Source: an uncultured Clostridia bacterium
GTDB lineage: Bacteria; Bacillota; Clostridia; Christensenellales; UBA1242
Length of the DNA stretch: 64,000 nucleotides
Reading direction: 5' to 3'
Assembly: GCA_934793215.1 (NCBI GenBank)
Contig: CAKVOP010000002.1
Span: forward strand, 193,859-257,858
This document shows, piece after piece, positions 26,848 through 36,448 of the stretch; the stretch's first letter is position 1, and each line of letters starts with the position of its first letter. Under the pieces are notes generated by a model. It made no database searches. It was not told where the DNA came from and saw only the letters and a list, made by a program, of their open reading frames with translations. The translations under genes were made by a program, and so were the position numbers.

Positions 26848-28266
26848 TTATAACAATTTGCTTTTGTTTTTTCTACGCTTTGCACGTTCGGTTCTAAACT
26901 TATCAATTTGTTCTTGTTTAAAGACTTTACTTTCTTCTACAAGATTATCCTTTCGCACTTGCCATTTGTACTTTCTATTTCCATAAGCCATATCATAAGA
27001 CAAGATGCATATACCTTGGATAAGATAAACATAGTAAGAGTAAAATCTCCAAAGAAGAAGAACCCAAACAAGTACACCTTCAACGCTTACCACCGAGGCA
27101 AAAGCCGCTGAAAACGAAATTTCGTTAAGTCCTGTTCCGCCCGGCATAGGGAAGAATGATGATGAAAGATCAACAAGGACAGACATAACCACGAGTTTGA
27201 TAAACATAGTTCCTTCAAGCCCCGGAACAAACAATTTCACCACGAAGAAAGGAATCGCATAGTTTGCAACGAGTCTGGCAAGACAAATAAAAAATTCAAT
27301 CAAAAAGTCTTTTGGGGAACTTGCGTATTGTTTCATTACATCTTGGAAATCACTGATATACTTGGTTATTTTTTCATATTGTTTATCATAATTCTTTACA
27401 ATTTTCATTTTGTAAAGAAGTTTAAGAACTTTTACAACAAGTTTTTTGCCCACCGTTTTACAAATGCACAAAAATAAAGTCGCACCAAGCACCACAGCCG
27501 ATAACACAAATCCAATAATACTCATAACAGAAACGAAAGTTCCGTAACTTTTATCGACACTTGAAATTATCAGGCATATAAGTGACACCAGCGTCCATGC
27601 AATTTGACAGAAAATATATTTGGCAAGAGGCACTGAAAGTGCTGTATGCAATGGCACCCCATGATTTTTTAAGTAGGTTATTTGGAAAGGCTGTCCCCCT
27701 GTCGACATCGGCGTTACACTATCATAATATCTTCCAATTTCAGCCGTTTTATAGCCTAAACCAAATCTCCATTTGCCTGTCGAAACTTTAAGCAAGTATG
27801 ATATTGAAAGTGTTTCTGCTGCTACGACTACACCAAACAACGCAATAGTCGCAAACAACGCTTTAACATCAAGTCGAAAGCCTGTTATTGGAACAAGTGG
27901 TTCTTTTGAAATTTGATAAACCAAAATGCCCGCCACAACCGCAATATTTATCACAAAGAAAAGAATATTTATAATTTTGCTCTTTTTGCTACTCTGCTTT
28001 GAAACAGTTTGTTCGTATTCATCAAACTTTTGCTTTTGTGCACTAGTTGAATCCACATCGGCTTTTACTTCGGATTTTTCATTGTTTTCTTGAGGCTTAA
28101 CTGAATCACTCACTTCTAGGCTAGGTTTAGTTTCAGCATCGCCTGGTTCTTCGCCTTCTTCAAGAGCAGGATTTTTTTGTTCAATAAAAGATTGCTCGCT
28201 CGAAGCAACCAAAACATCTTCTATTAATCCCTTCTCTTCCTTTTTCATGTAACACAATAGTAACAA
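26848..28266 (-). CDS. UPF0104 / lysylphosphatidylglycerol-synthase transmembrane-region (flippase-like) family protein
   Basis: 472 aa. An acidic N-terminal region is followed by about 8 TM helices with the characteristic FPMPGGTGLNEISF motif. The TTG start at 28266 has an AAGAGG RBS 8 nt upstream; an alternative ATG is at 28248. Confidence 0.7.
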   Translation of the reverse strand: MLLLCYMKKEEKGLIEDVLVASSEQSFIEQKNPALEEGEEPGDAETKPSLEVSDSVKPQENNEKSEVKADVDSTSAQKQKFDEYEQTVSKQSSKKSKIINILFFVINIAVVAGILVYQISKEPLVPITGFRLDVKALFATIALFGVVVAAETLSISYLLKVSTGKWRFGLGYKTAEIGRYYDSVTPMSTGGQPFQITYLKNHGVPLHTALSVPLAKYIFCQIAWTLVSLICLIISSVDKSYGTFVSVMSIIGFVLSAVVLGATLFLCICKTVGKKLVVKVLKLLYKMKIVKNYDKQYEKITKYISDFQDVMKQYASSPKDFLIEFFICLARLVANYAIPFFVVKLFVPGLEGTMFIKLVVMSVLVDLSSSFFPMPGGTGLNEISFSAAFASVVSVEGVLVWVLLLWRFYSYYVYLIQGICILSYDMAYGNRKYKWQVRKDNLVEESKVFKQEQIDKFRTERAKRRKNKSKLL

Positions 28267-28310
28267 AAAAGATACCTCTTTGTCAAGAAAAGGTATCTTA
28301 AAAATCTAAA

Positions 28311-30032
28311 TTATTTCAAAAGGTCGCTAAATCTAGATGGATACTCATAAATTTTATAGTCTTGTTTAAGCACACTTAAGTTTGCTTGTTGATAACTCGT
28401 GGTATTGTCGCTGTAAATTTCGTCGTACATAACATCAAAGTAAGTCTTGTCAATAAGTGGATTTACCCTTGTTGTGTAGAGAACATTAAGAGCATCTTCG
28501 CTTAAAGAAAAGTTTGAGTCAATTCCTTCAAAAAGATTTTTACATGCACCAGTATAGATTAAAATATGGATTCCATAACTTGTTTTAACATATCCAGAGA
28601 CATCACCAATTTTAGCATTTCCTTTGTTGTAAAGTTCAATTGCGCCATCATTAAATGATGAAACAAAACTATTAGAAACAAGGTTGCCATTTTTATCTAC
28701 GCCTATAACATAATTATTCCCGCCTTTGAGCATTCCTGGATCTTCATTATACTCATAAACAAGGTTATTAATTTCATCTCCAACTTTATTCACATCACCA
28801 GTTGCTTGTGCCTTCGAAAGACGTGAGGCAATGTCACTATACACTTCTTCAACACTTATAGTCTTGCTCTTTTCGCCATCATAAGTTTTAGTTCCATTGT
28901 TGTAAATTCTTATAACAGGTTCAAGTCTATTATAAACACCTTCAATGTTTGATTGGTAGTCCTCATAAAGACTTGGGTCTTTTGCGTCCTCATACTCTTT
29001 AGTGTAAGCATCATAATCTTTCTGTTGGTCATCATCAAACTTAATAAGAATGTTTGCAACAGTAAAATATTTGTTGTCTGTCGCCCCTTCTTTGAAGTAA
29101 TACATCTTATCAAGTGAACTATTTAAAGTGCTATCATAGTTTGAATCTTGTTCAATAACATATTGAGAATAACCCGCTCTAACCTTGCTTGCGTAGAGGT
29201 TTGCAATTTTTGTTGTGGTAACATTTGTGCTGTTTTCGTCCAAAATGCTTTCATTGTATTTTGCACAAACATATGTCTCATAAACAGAGTTATAAAGTCT
29301 ATCTATTTCACGCATGAAAACATCTTTTTGGTCTGTATTAAGCCCAAGTCCATACTCATTTGCTTTAAGATTTCTATAATAGTCTCTAAACGCTTTCTTT
29401 TGCTCTTGACTATTAAGTCTTTGAAGAAAGTTGGTATAGATAAGCTCTTTATCTTCGTTTTTATTTATATCTCTTGCGTAAGTGTAAGTAAAACCACTTA
29501 AAAGTTTTGCAGATTTATTTTCTCTTGTTATAGTTTTTGTTACGGCATTGTAACTCGCATTTTTAGTGTACCCTGCAAATGTTACAGAATTTGTATCCTC
29601 GTCTTGTGAAGTCTTTTCTTCCCCAACAACATCTTTATAGAAAACATCAAAGTTTGACTCAAAAGCATCTTCCACTTCGCTATAAAGGTATGTTTTTTCT
29701 TTTTCGCTAAGGTTAGTTCCGTCGCGTGAAATATTGAAAGTCTTTTCAGCAGTGTCCACCAAAATCTTCGTATTTTCAAGAGAAGAAAGCATTTGCTTGT
29801 AGGCTTCCTCTTTACTCATTCCATAATACTGAACATATTGATATCCAGTTGTTTGGTAAGCATACATAAGTTCGCGTTTAGATATTTCATATCTATGACC
29901 GTCTTTTTCAACCGTTGCCACAGTTTGAGTGTAGTAATTTTTATAGTTTGTGTCCACCAAAGAGCACCCTGCAAAAAGAGACATGCAAAGTAGCAAAGAG
30001 CACATTAAAAATCCAGTAATTCGTTTTTTCAT
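28311..30032 (-). CDS. PrsA-like lipoprotein with a C-terminal parvulin (PpiC) peptidyl-prolyl isomerase domain
   Basis: 573 aa. The lipobox is in MKKRITGFLMCSLLLCMSLFAGCSL. The C-terminus IGDVSGYVKTSYGIHILIYTG is parvulin-like. It sits downstream of mfd, as in many Firmicutes. Confidence 0.65.
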   Translation of the reverse strand: MKKRITGFLMCSLLLCMSLFAGCSLVDTNYKNYYTQTVATVEKDGHRYEISKRELMYAYQTTGYQYVQYYGMSKEEAYKQMLSSLENTKILVDTAEKTFNISRDGTNLSEKEKTYLYSEVEDAFESNFDVFYKDVVGEEKTSQDEDTNSVTFAGYTKNASYNAVTKTITRENKSAKLLSGFTYTYARDINKNEDKELIYTNFLQRLNSQEQKKAFRDYYRNLKANEYGLGLNTDQKDVFMREIDRLYNSVYETYVCAKYNESILDENSTNVTTTKIANLYASKVRAGYSQYVIEQDSNYDSTLNSSLDKMYYFKEGATDNKYFTVANILIKFDDDQQKDYDAYTKEYEDAKDPSLYEDYQSNIEGVYNRLEPVIRIYNNGTKTYDGEKSKTISVEEVYSDIASRLSKAQATGDVNKVGDEINNLVYEYNEDPGMLKGGNNYVIGVDKNGNLVSNSFVSSFNDGAIELYNKGNAKIGDVSGYVKTSYGIHILIYTGACKNLFEGIDSNFSLSEDALNVLYTTRVNPLIDKTYFDVMYDEIYSDNTTSYQQANLSVLKQDYKIYEYPSRFSDLLK

Positions 30033-30137
30033 AATTCTCCGCTTTAATTATAGACAAACTCATGCGAGTTTATCCTCTTATACGATAAAGATAATATCAT
30101 ATCAGCATAAAATTTTTCAAGCATTTTGACGCTATTT

Positions 30138-33100
30138 TTAATTTTTTCTTAAATTTATTGCCTTTTCAAACATTTCGGTAAGCATTTTGACGTCTTTAAG
30201 AACATTTTGAGATGGAACAAATTTAATACGAATATCATTTGAAATAACAAGTTTGCCACCTTGCGACGAGGCAACCTCTGCAAGGGTTTTGTCAATAATA
30301 TTTTCAGTCTTTTTAAGCACAATATAGCATTCAAGTTTAGTAATTTTTATTCGTTCAACATTAAATTCACTGGCTTCATTACGCATAAGTGCAAGCATGC
30401 AAAGATTTTTAACCTCATTTGGAGCCTCCCCATAGCCGTCACTAATGCTTTCAAGCAAGCTTTGCATCTCTTTTTGGGTCGTTAAACTACTAATTTTTGT
30501 GTAAAGAGCAATTCTCTGTTCGCTGTCTTCAATATAGTCTTCACTTACGAAAGCAGAAAGTGCAACTTCAAGTTTAACATCACTCTTTTTATATACTTTT
30601 TCACCGCGGATTGCTTTAACCTCTTCGTCAAGAAGTTTAACATACATATCGTATCCAACTTTTGCAATATGACCATGCTGTTCACGTCCAAAAATATTCC
30701 CTGCACCACGAATTTCAAGATCACGCATAGCAATCTTAAAGCCGCTACCGAGTGCCGAAAATTCTTTCATTGCTTCAAGGCGTTCATACCCTTCATCAGT
30801 AAGTTTTTTATCCTTAACATAAGTAAGATAAGCGTAACTCAATTTGTCGCTTCTTCCAATCCTCCCACGAAGTTGATAAAGTTGGCTGAGTCCCAATCTG
30901 TCTGCCTCAATTATAACCATCGTGTTGGCAAAAGGAAGATTTATTCCATTTTCAATAAGCGTCGAGGCAACAAGCACATTATACTCGCCGTTATAAAGTC
31001 TTTGAATTACATTTTCAAGAACTTTTTCATTCATTTGACCATGAGCAATTCCAACTTTTGCATCGGGCAAAAGTGTTCGCAAGTGGCAAGCAAATTCCTC
31101 AATAGTTTCCACTCTGTTGTAAACAACAAAAGCCTGCCCACCCCTTGCAAGTTCACGCGAAATAACATCTCTCAACAGATCATCACTTTGCTCGGCTATA
31201 TAAGTTTGTATAGGCAATCTGTCGCGTGGTGGTGTTTCGATAATGGAAATATCTCGTATACCAGAAAGAGACATATTAAGCGTTCTTGGAATAGGCGTTG
31301 CAGAAAGGGTTAACACATCTATATTTCTGTGTGCATCTTTAAGTTTTTCTTTGTGCTCGACGCCAAAGCGTTGTTCTTCATCAAGCACTAAAAGACCTAA
31401 ATCATGATAAATCACATCGCTAGACAAAATACGATGCGTTCCAATCACCATATCCACTTCGCCTTCTTGCACTCGTCTCAATATATCTTTGACTTGAAGA
31501 GGCGTTTTAAACCTGTTTAGCACCTCAACCCTCACACCGAAAGGTGCAAGCCTTTCTTTCGCGGAACGGTAATGTTGTTCGGAAAGAATAGTCGTAGGGC
31601 ACAAAAGAGCAACTTGTTTGCCATTATATACGCACTTAAAACATGCACGAAGAGCCACCTCGGTCTTGCCATAGCCAACATCACCGCAAATAAGCCTATC
31701 CATAACTTTGTCGCTTTCCATATCTTTGTCAATATCATTTATGGCTTTAAGCTGGTCTTCTGTTTCTGTGTAAGGAAAAGCATCAGCAAATTTCTTTTCA
31801 AGATATTCATCACGTTTAAAGGCGTAGCCTTTTACAAGTGAACGCTCTTTATAGACCTCAACAAGGCTTATTGCCATTTCATGAATTGACGCTCTTACAC
31901 GATCTTTAAGTCTAGCAAATTCCGCTCCACCTAGAGAAGAAAGTTTTGGCTGTGTTTCAGCACCAATGTATGCAGAAATTGAGTTTGCCTCTTCACTTGG
32001 AAGATAAAGTCTGTCTCCGTTTTTATATTCAATAACGAAATAATCCTTTTCGATATTGGAGATTTTCATTCTTTCAATTGCTATACATTTACCCACGCCG
32101 TGAAAAGCGTGAACAACATAATCTCCTAGTTTTGGCAAATAGAAAACAGCATGTTTTCCTCTTGAAAAACCACTATTTTTTGACCTAAAAAGGCTATCTG
32201 CACCAATTGCGGTGAGCCCCTCTTTCAAAAAGCAAAATGATAGTGGCATAGCAAGTGGGGAAAGATAAATCTCTCCACTTATAAGGTTTATACTTTCATC
32301 ATAATCATGCCACGCAAGATTATTTTCGTTTAAAAATTCTTGCATATTTTTAAGAAAACGCTCTTCGCCAGTAAACAAAATTATGGCCTGATTAAGGTTT
32401 TTAAAATCAAGAATATCTTGTTTAAGAGCCATGAAGTCCGTCAAATAACTTCTTGGCGGAATTTTTTCATTTTTATATGAAACAGGAGCAATGTCAAAAT
32501 TATCAAAAAGATAATCCGCCCTTTCATACAAGTCTTCAAATTCAGCATAAAGAGAAGGTTTGTAAATGCTCATAGCTTGGTAGGAATGTTTTAAGAGTTC
32601 AATCTCTTCCATGACCTTTTTAGGCTCGTCCATTATTTTCACACCATCAAGTGTAAAAACATCGTCCTCACCTATTGGTAGTGAAGCGGAAAAAATTTCC
32701 AATTTTTCCATTTGCCCTTTATTTTTCATGGTTGAAACTTCAAAAGTAGAAATCTTTTCAATAAGGTCGTCAAAGAATTCAATTCTTACGGGGGCATCAA
32801 GGGTTGTTAAGAATATATCAACAATTTCTCCTCTAACCGCAAATTGTCCTGCTTCTTCAACAAGGTTTACCCTTTCATAACCAAGACTTGCAAGTTTTTG
32901 GCTTAATTTATCCAAATCGGCAGTACCATTTTTATTTAAAATAATTGGTTTAAATTTAGATTTATCAAACTTAATCATTGCTGAACTTGGCAAGAAAATA
33001 AGTCCATCTAGTTGACCAGAAAGATATTTGTTTACTCCTTGTGCAAAAGGCAAAAGATTTTTATCGTTTTCATCTTCCACCTCTCTTGCACACGAAATAA

Positions 33101-33170
33101 TCTCAATTTTTTTACCAAATCCTTCCAAGGCACGTTTTATTTTACCAGCACTTGGATAGTTTGAGCACAA
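30138..33170 (-). CDS. mfd: Transcription-repair coupling factor Mfd (minimal ORF from TTG; the true start is probably upstream, near 33275)
   Basis: Motifs include GDYVVHAFHGVGK, MDRLICGDVGYGKTEVALRA, LVLDEEQRFGV and QLYQLRGRIGRS. The reading frame stays open up to 33281 and encodes Mfd-like N-terminal sequence; see the mfd start-codon finding. Confidence 0.93.
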   Translation of the reverse strand: MCSNYPSAGKIKRALEGFGKKIEIISCAREVEDENDKNLLPFAQGVNKYLSGQLDGLIFLPSSAMIKFDKSKFKPIILNKNGTADLDKLSQKLASLGYERVNLVEEAGQFAVRGEIVDIFLTTLDAPVRIEFFDDLIEKISTFEVSTMKNKGQMEKLEIFSASLPIGEDDVFTLDGVKIMDEPKKVMEEIELLKHSYQAMSIYKPSLYAEFEDLYERADYLFDNFDIAPVSYKNEKIPPRSYLTDFMALKQDILDFKNLNQAIILFTGEERFLKNMQEFLNENNLAWHDYDESINLISGEIYLSPLAMPLSFCFLKEGLTAIGADSLFRSKNSGFSRGKHAVFYLPKLGDYVVHAFHGVGKCIAIERMKISNIEKDYFVIEYKNGDRLYLPSEEANSISAYIGAETQPKLSSLGGAEFARLKDRVRASIHEMAISLVEVYKERSLVKGYAFKRDEYLEKKFADAFPYTETEDQLKAINDIDKDMESDKVMDRLICGDVGYGKTEVALRACFKCVYNGKQVALLCPTTILSEQHYRSAKERLAPFGVRVEVLNRFKTPLQVKDILRRVQEGEVDMVIGTHRILSSDVIYHDLGLLVLDEEQRFGVEHKEKLKDAHRNIDVLTLSATPIPRTLNMSLSGIRDISIIETPPRDRLPIQTYIAEQSDDLLRDVISRELARGGQAFVVYNRVETIEEFACHLRTLLPDAKVGIAHGQMNEKVLENVIQRLYNGEYNVLVASTLIENGINLPFANTMVIIEADRLGLSQLYQLRGRIGRSDKLSYAYLTYVKDKKLTDEGYERLEAMKEFSALGSGFKIAMRDLEIRGAGNIFGREQHGHIAKVGYDMYVKLLDEEVKAIRGEKVYKKSDVKLEVALSAFVSEDYIEDSEQRIALYTKISSLTTQKEMQSLLESISDGYGEAPNEVKNLCMLALMRNEASEFNVERIKITKLECYIVLKKTENIIDKTLAEVASSQGGKLVISNDIRIKFVPSQNVLKDVKMLTEMFEKAINLRKN

Positions 33171-33307
33171 AAAAAGCAGATGGTCAAATTTTTGTAATAA
33201 TGCTACTTTTTCACCATCTCCTAATCCCGCAATAACTTTCCCAGACGAAAGTATTTTGTCAAGTTGTTTAAAAATATTGCCTCACTTTTCTTGCAAAACA
33301 ATTTGCC

Positions 33308-33820
33308 CTATTTTATAAGTTCCAAAAGTTTGTCAACTGCTTCATCAGTTGCCTTGTCAAAAAGTCCAATATCTTCTGGTCTTATTTTAGATAAAACATA
33401 GTCAGCAAGGTCAACCGACTTGTCTCTCCCAACTCCCACACGCAATCTCTCAAAGTCTTCACCAATGTATGAAACAATAGACCTTAATCCATTATGGGTT
33501 CCGCTTGAACCTCTTTCACGATAACGCAATTTCCCTTTTTCAAGGTCTATATCATCAACAACAACAATAATCCTAGCGTCGCGAAACTTGTTTTTCAAAA
33601 GCACAACGCTTTCTCCGCTGTTGTTCATGTAAGTGGTAGGTTTGACAAGCAAAACTTTCTGTCCATTACATGATGTTTCTCCTACATGCGCCTTATACTT
33701 ATCCTTCGTGATACTTACATTTAAACGATTTGCAAGTTTGTCTAACACCATGAAGCCCATGTTATGAAAAGTGTTTTTAAATTCATTACCTTCGTTTCCA
33801 AGACCAACTATAATTATCAT
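33308..33820 (-). CDS. pth: Peptidyl-tRNA hydrolase
   Basis: 170 aa with MIIIVGLGNEGNEFKNTFHNMGF.., TYMNNSGESV and GTHNGLRSI. Confidence 0.92.
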   Translation of the reverse strand: MIIIVGLGNEGNEFKNTFHNMGFMVLDKLANRLNVSITKDKYKAHVGETSCNGQKVLLVKPTTYMNNSGESVVLLKNKFRDARIIVVVDDIDLEKGKLRYRERGSSGTHNGLRSIVSYIGEDFERLRVGVGRDKSVDLADYVLSKIRPEDIGLFDKATDEAVDKLLELIK

Positions 33821-33825
33821 AATTC

Positions 33826-34662
33826 CTAAACCTTTTGATTTATAATTTTTGAAAGAGGTTCTGGAGAAGAAGTAATCTTGCTTTTCTCAATATAGCACCC
33901 TTTCAAAGTAACATTTTTGCAAACAATGGAGTCTTTAACAACATTTCCGCTTTCTAAAATTGAACCACTTTCAATAACACTTTGTCCTAAAATTGTGTTA
34001 TTTGGATAGACCACTGTTCCCTTTTCAATCTCACAATCCGCTTCAATGTAGACATTATCGCCAAGCATTATAACACCATTTTTCTTATGATAGGCCAAAA
34101 TTTTTTCTTGTAAAATGGAATTTACAAGATTGATTTTTTTCGCATCATCGACCCTAAAAAGATTTTTGCACTCGTACGCAACATCACCTACAAGTTCTCC
34201 ACACACTCTTGAAAGATAACTTGTTTTAATAATAAGTCCACGATTAAGGCGTAAATAATTCATTCCTCTTTGAGAAAAATAATCTATTATCTCTTGAAAA
34301 GATTTTTTGTCAAACAAAGGGGTATCACTAAAAAATAATGCGATTATAGGCTTGTCTGTCTCAATTTGTTTTAAGCGAGCAATTTCATCCCCCTCATCTA
34401 TTATCTTTTGTTCACAATCGTTTCCAGCCATAAGAGTCCATTCAAGCATTGTTTTGCCAGACAGGTTTAATTCATTAAAGTGAGGACATATTTCCTCACC
34501 TTTAACCTTTGCCACAACATAAAGCACTTCATTGGCAATGTAGTCGTGATTAAGCACTTTTATTAGTGTGTTTGGCAAAATAGAAGACTCTTCTTCTATT
34601 GCCTCAAAATCAAAAGAAATTTGGTCTTTTGAAACCATTAAATCAAGTTCTGTCGTTTCCAT
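33826..34662 (-). CDS. Divergent, truncated GlmU-like protein (degenerate nucleotidyltransferase fold plus a short left-handed beta-helix)
   Basis: 278 aa at the usual glmU position upstream of pth. By eye it aligns to GlmU at LSGKTMLEWTL (about CGKPMVEHV), IIALFFSDTPLF (about IVICGDTPLL) and the LbH hexapeptides NVYIEADCEIEKGTVVYPNNTILGQSVIESGSILE. It lacks the LAAGxGTRM loop and the C-terminal acetyltransferase part. Confidence 0.5.
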   Translation of the reverse strand: METTELDLMVSKDQISFDFEAIEEESSILPNTLIKVLNHDYIANEVLYVVAKVKGEEICPHFNELNLSGKTMLEWTLMAGNDCEQKIIDEGDEIARLKQIETDKPIIALFFSDTPLFDKKSFQEIIDYFSQRGMNYLRLNRGLIIKTSYLSRVCGELVGDVAYECKNLFRVDDAKKINLVNSILQEKILAYHKKNGVIMLGDNVYIEADCEIEKGTVVYPNNTILGQSVIESGSILESGNVVKDSIVCKNVTLKGCYIEKSKITSSPEPLSKIINQKV

Positions 34663-34815
34663 GCAAAAATTATATAATTTTTATCCTAAATTGTCAACCT
34701 TAATTGAAAATAAATATTTTTCAAGCAAAAAATAAATAATATTTAAAAAAATACAAAAAATCGTTTTAAATTTAATATTTTTTATGATATTATCTTTTTA
34801 TAAAAAGGAAGAAAA

Positions 34816-35853
34816 ATGACAAAAAAATATAATTTAAATAAAATTTTATTATTTTCAATTTTTTCATTAATTTTAATTCTAGCGGGCATAGGATTAAATT
34901 ATTTTGCCGTGGCTTTTGCTGATAGTGCAAATATGCTCCCCTCTGAAAGCATTAAAGTCTTAAGTCGAGAAAACGAAAACACCCCATTGTCTCCAAACGC
35001 AACGACAATGATTCCAACTGGAGACACAATTTATTCTTATAAATGGGAAGAAAGTTCTAAAATAAACATATCATTCACAAATGAAAACATAACAAGCGGA
35101 AATGTTTCGCTTCGAATTGAACTTTTAAAAGGTTATATCAATAACGAACTTGACTATTCAAGTGATGACAGAATTTATATTGAAAATGCACCAAATGGCA
35201 AGGTCAGCGGAAATACTTTTACCTACAACTTTGATATAGACAATGGAGTTGTCGATTCAACTGGCGTTGTTAGCACAACCATTAAAGGGTGGGGAATTTA
35301 CCGCTTTACAATAAAAATTGTAAACAGCGGGCAAGAATTTGCCTCGGCACTTTACAATATCGCTCCCAAAACTGACTTAATAAAACCTGCTTTTTCAGTA
35401 ACAACAAGAGGAAGCACCTCATCAATGCATGACGACTACATCTGCTCTATCACAAACCAAGGTGACTACAAATTTGCCGACACAACAAAACTGATTTGGC
35501 ACGCCGAAGGTGTTTCGGTTGAAGGCAAAAGTTATTGTTTGACTTATGCAGACAAAATGGCAACAGGTGCAAACTTTGATGACTATCTTTACACAAGTGT
35601 TGAAAGAACTGGGCTTAATTTTGTTTTCAACGCTCACAAAGGTGAAAAATATATAAACGGGAATTGGAATATTTACTGTGAATATAAACCAAACGAATTC
35701 AATAGTTTGGAGAGTGACAAAATAAGCATTAAAAATGGTGTAAATTTCAATTTGACTGCTTTCATTATCTCCGTAGTTTCTGTTGCGGTGGTTGTAACGG
35801 CAATATTTACCCTCTGCCAATTTGCTAAAGCAAAGAAAGAAAAAGTTTGGTAA
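34816..35853 (+). CDS. Hypothetical surface protein with an N-terminal signal/anchor and a C-terminal TM anchor
   Basis: 345 aa. N-terminus LFSIFSLILILAGIGLNYFAVAFA, C-terminal helix AFIISVVSVAVVVTAIFTLCQF followed by AKAKKEK. RBS AAGGAAG. Confidence 0.55.
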   Translation: MTKKYNLNKILLFSIFSLILILAGIGLNYFAVAFADSANMLPSESIKVLSRENENTPLSPNATTMIPTGDTIYSYKWEESSKINISFTNENITSGNVSLRIELLKGYINNELDYSSDDRIYIENAPNGKVSGNTFTYNFDIDNGVVDSTGVVSTTIKGWGIYRFTIKIVNSGQEFASALYNIAPKTDLIKPAFSVTTRGSTSSMHDDYICSITNQGDYKFADTTKLIWHAEGVSVEGKSYCLTYADKMATGANFDDYLYTSVERTGLNFVFNAHKGEKYINGNWNIYCEYKPNEFNSLESDKISIKNGVNFNLTAFIISVVSVAVVVTAIFTLCQFAKAKKEKVW

Positions 35854-35984
35854 GTCAATATTTTAAAAAAAACAATAAAATAAGGATAGGAAAATATATA
35901 ATATAACGATTGCACGAACAAAGCAAAAATAGATAATTTAAAATATCATTTGTATATTTTATAAAACGAATTTATTGAATAAAT

Positions 35985-36020
35985 AAAAGAGAACATAGAA
36001 ACCAATCTATGTTCTTTTTT
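35985..36020. terminator. Bidirectional intrinsic terminator
   Basis: GAACATAG (35991-35998) pairs with CTATGTTC (36007-36014), flanked by an A-run and a T-run. It lies between the convergent genes ending at 35853 (+) and 36053 (-). Confidence 0.65.
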
Positions 36021-36052
36021 GTCTTGTAGGAAAAATATTTGTTCTTTTTAGT

Positions 36053-36448
36053 CTATAAGATATTATGGAAATTTGCCCCCATAAAATGTAGGTAACTATG
36101 GCAATACCCTCGTATCGTGCTTAACGATACTTTGAAAGCCTCAACGTCATTTTCGCAGATATATAATTTTAATTTTGAAATTTCTTGGCCAATTTCCTGT
36201 ATGTTCTTATGGTTTACAAGATAGCACATATTGGATTCATCTTGAAGCCATGTGTACTCTAAATTCTCCACTTCCATCACGATATCCATATTTTTTATGT
36301 TATCTTTTTCTTCGACCAATCTTTCAATTTCAAAACACTCACTCTGCATTCTCACAAGCGATTTGGAAACAATGTCATCTTCAATACAGCATATCGCTAT
36401 CAAAAATATCGTTATGATTGCAAAATTTATATAATGCAAAACCTTCAT
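36053..36448 (-). CDS. DUF4363-family protein
   Basis: 131 aa with an N-terminal TM helix and a C-terminus ..HFMGANFHNIL typical of DUF4363. Its start overlaps the DUF421 stop (ATGA at 36448), the usual DUF421-DUF4363 pairing in Clostridia. Confidence 0.6.
   Translation of the reverse strand: MKVLHYINFAIITIFLIAICCIEDDIVSKSLVRMQSECFEIERLVEEKDNIKNMDIVMEVENLEYTWLQDESNMCYLVNHKNIQEIGQEISKLKLYICENDVEAFKVSLSTIRGYCHSYLHFMGANFHNIL

Noticed and set aside
35422-35921. Nested minus-strand ORFs (132 and 82 aa) opposite the 345-aa surface-protein gene, and similar nested ORFs at 39401-39652 and 23078-23553.
   Set aside because: They are fully embedded in better-supported genes on the other strand or in another frame, and have no RBS or motif support.
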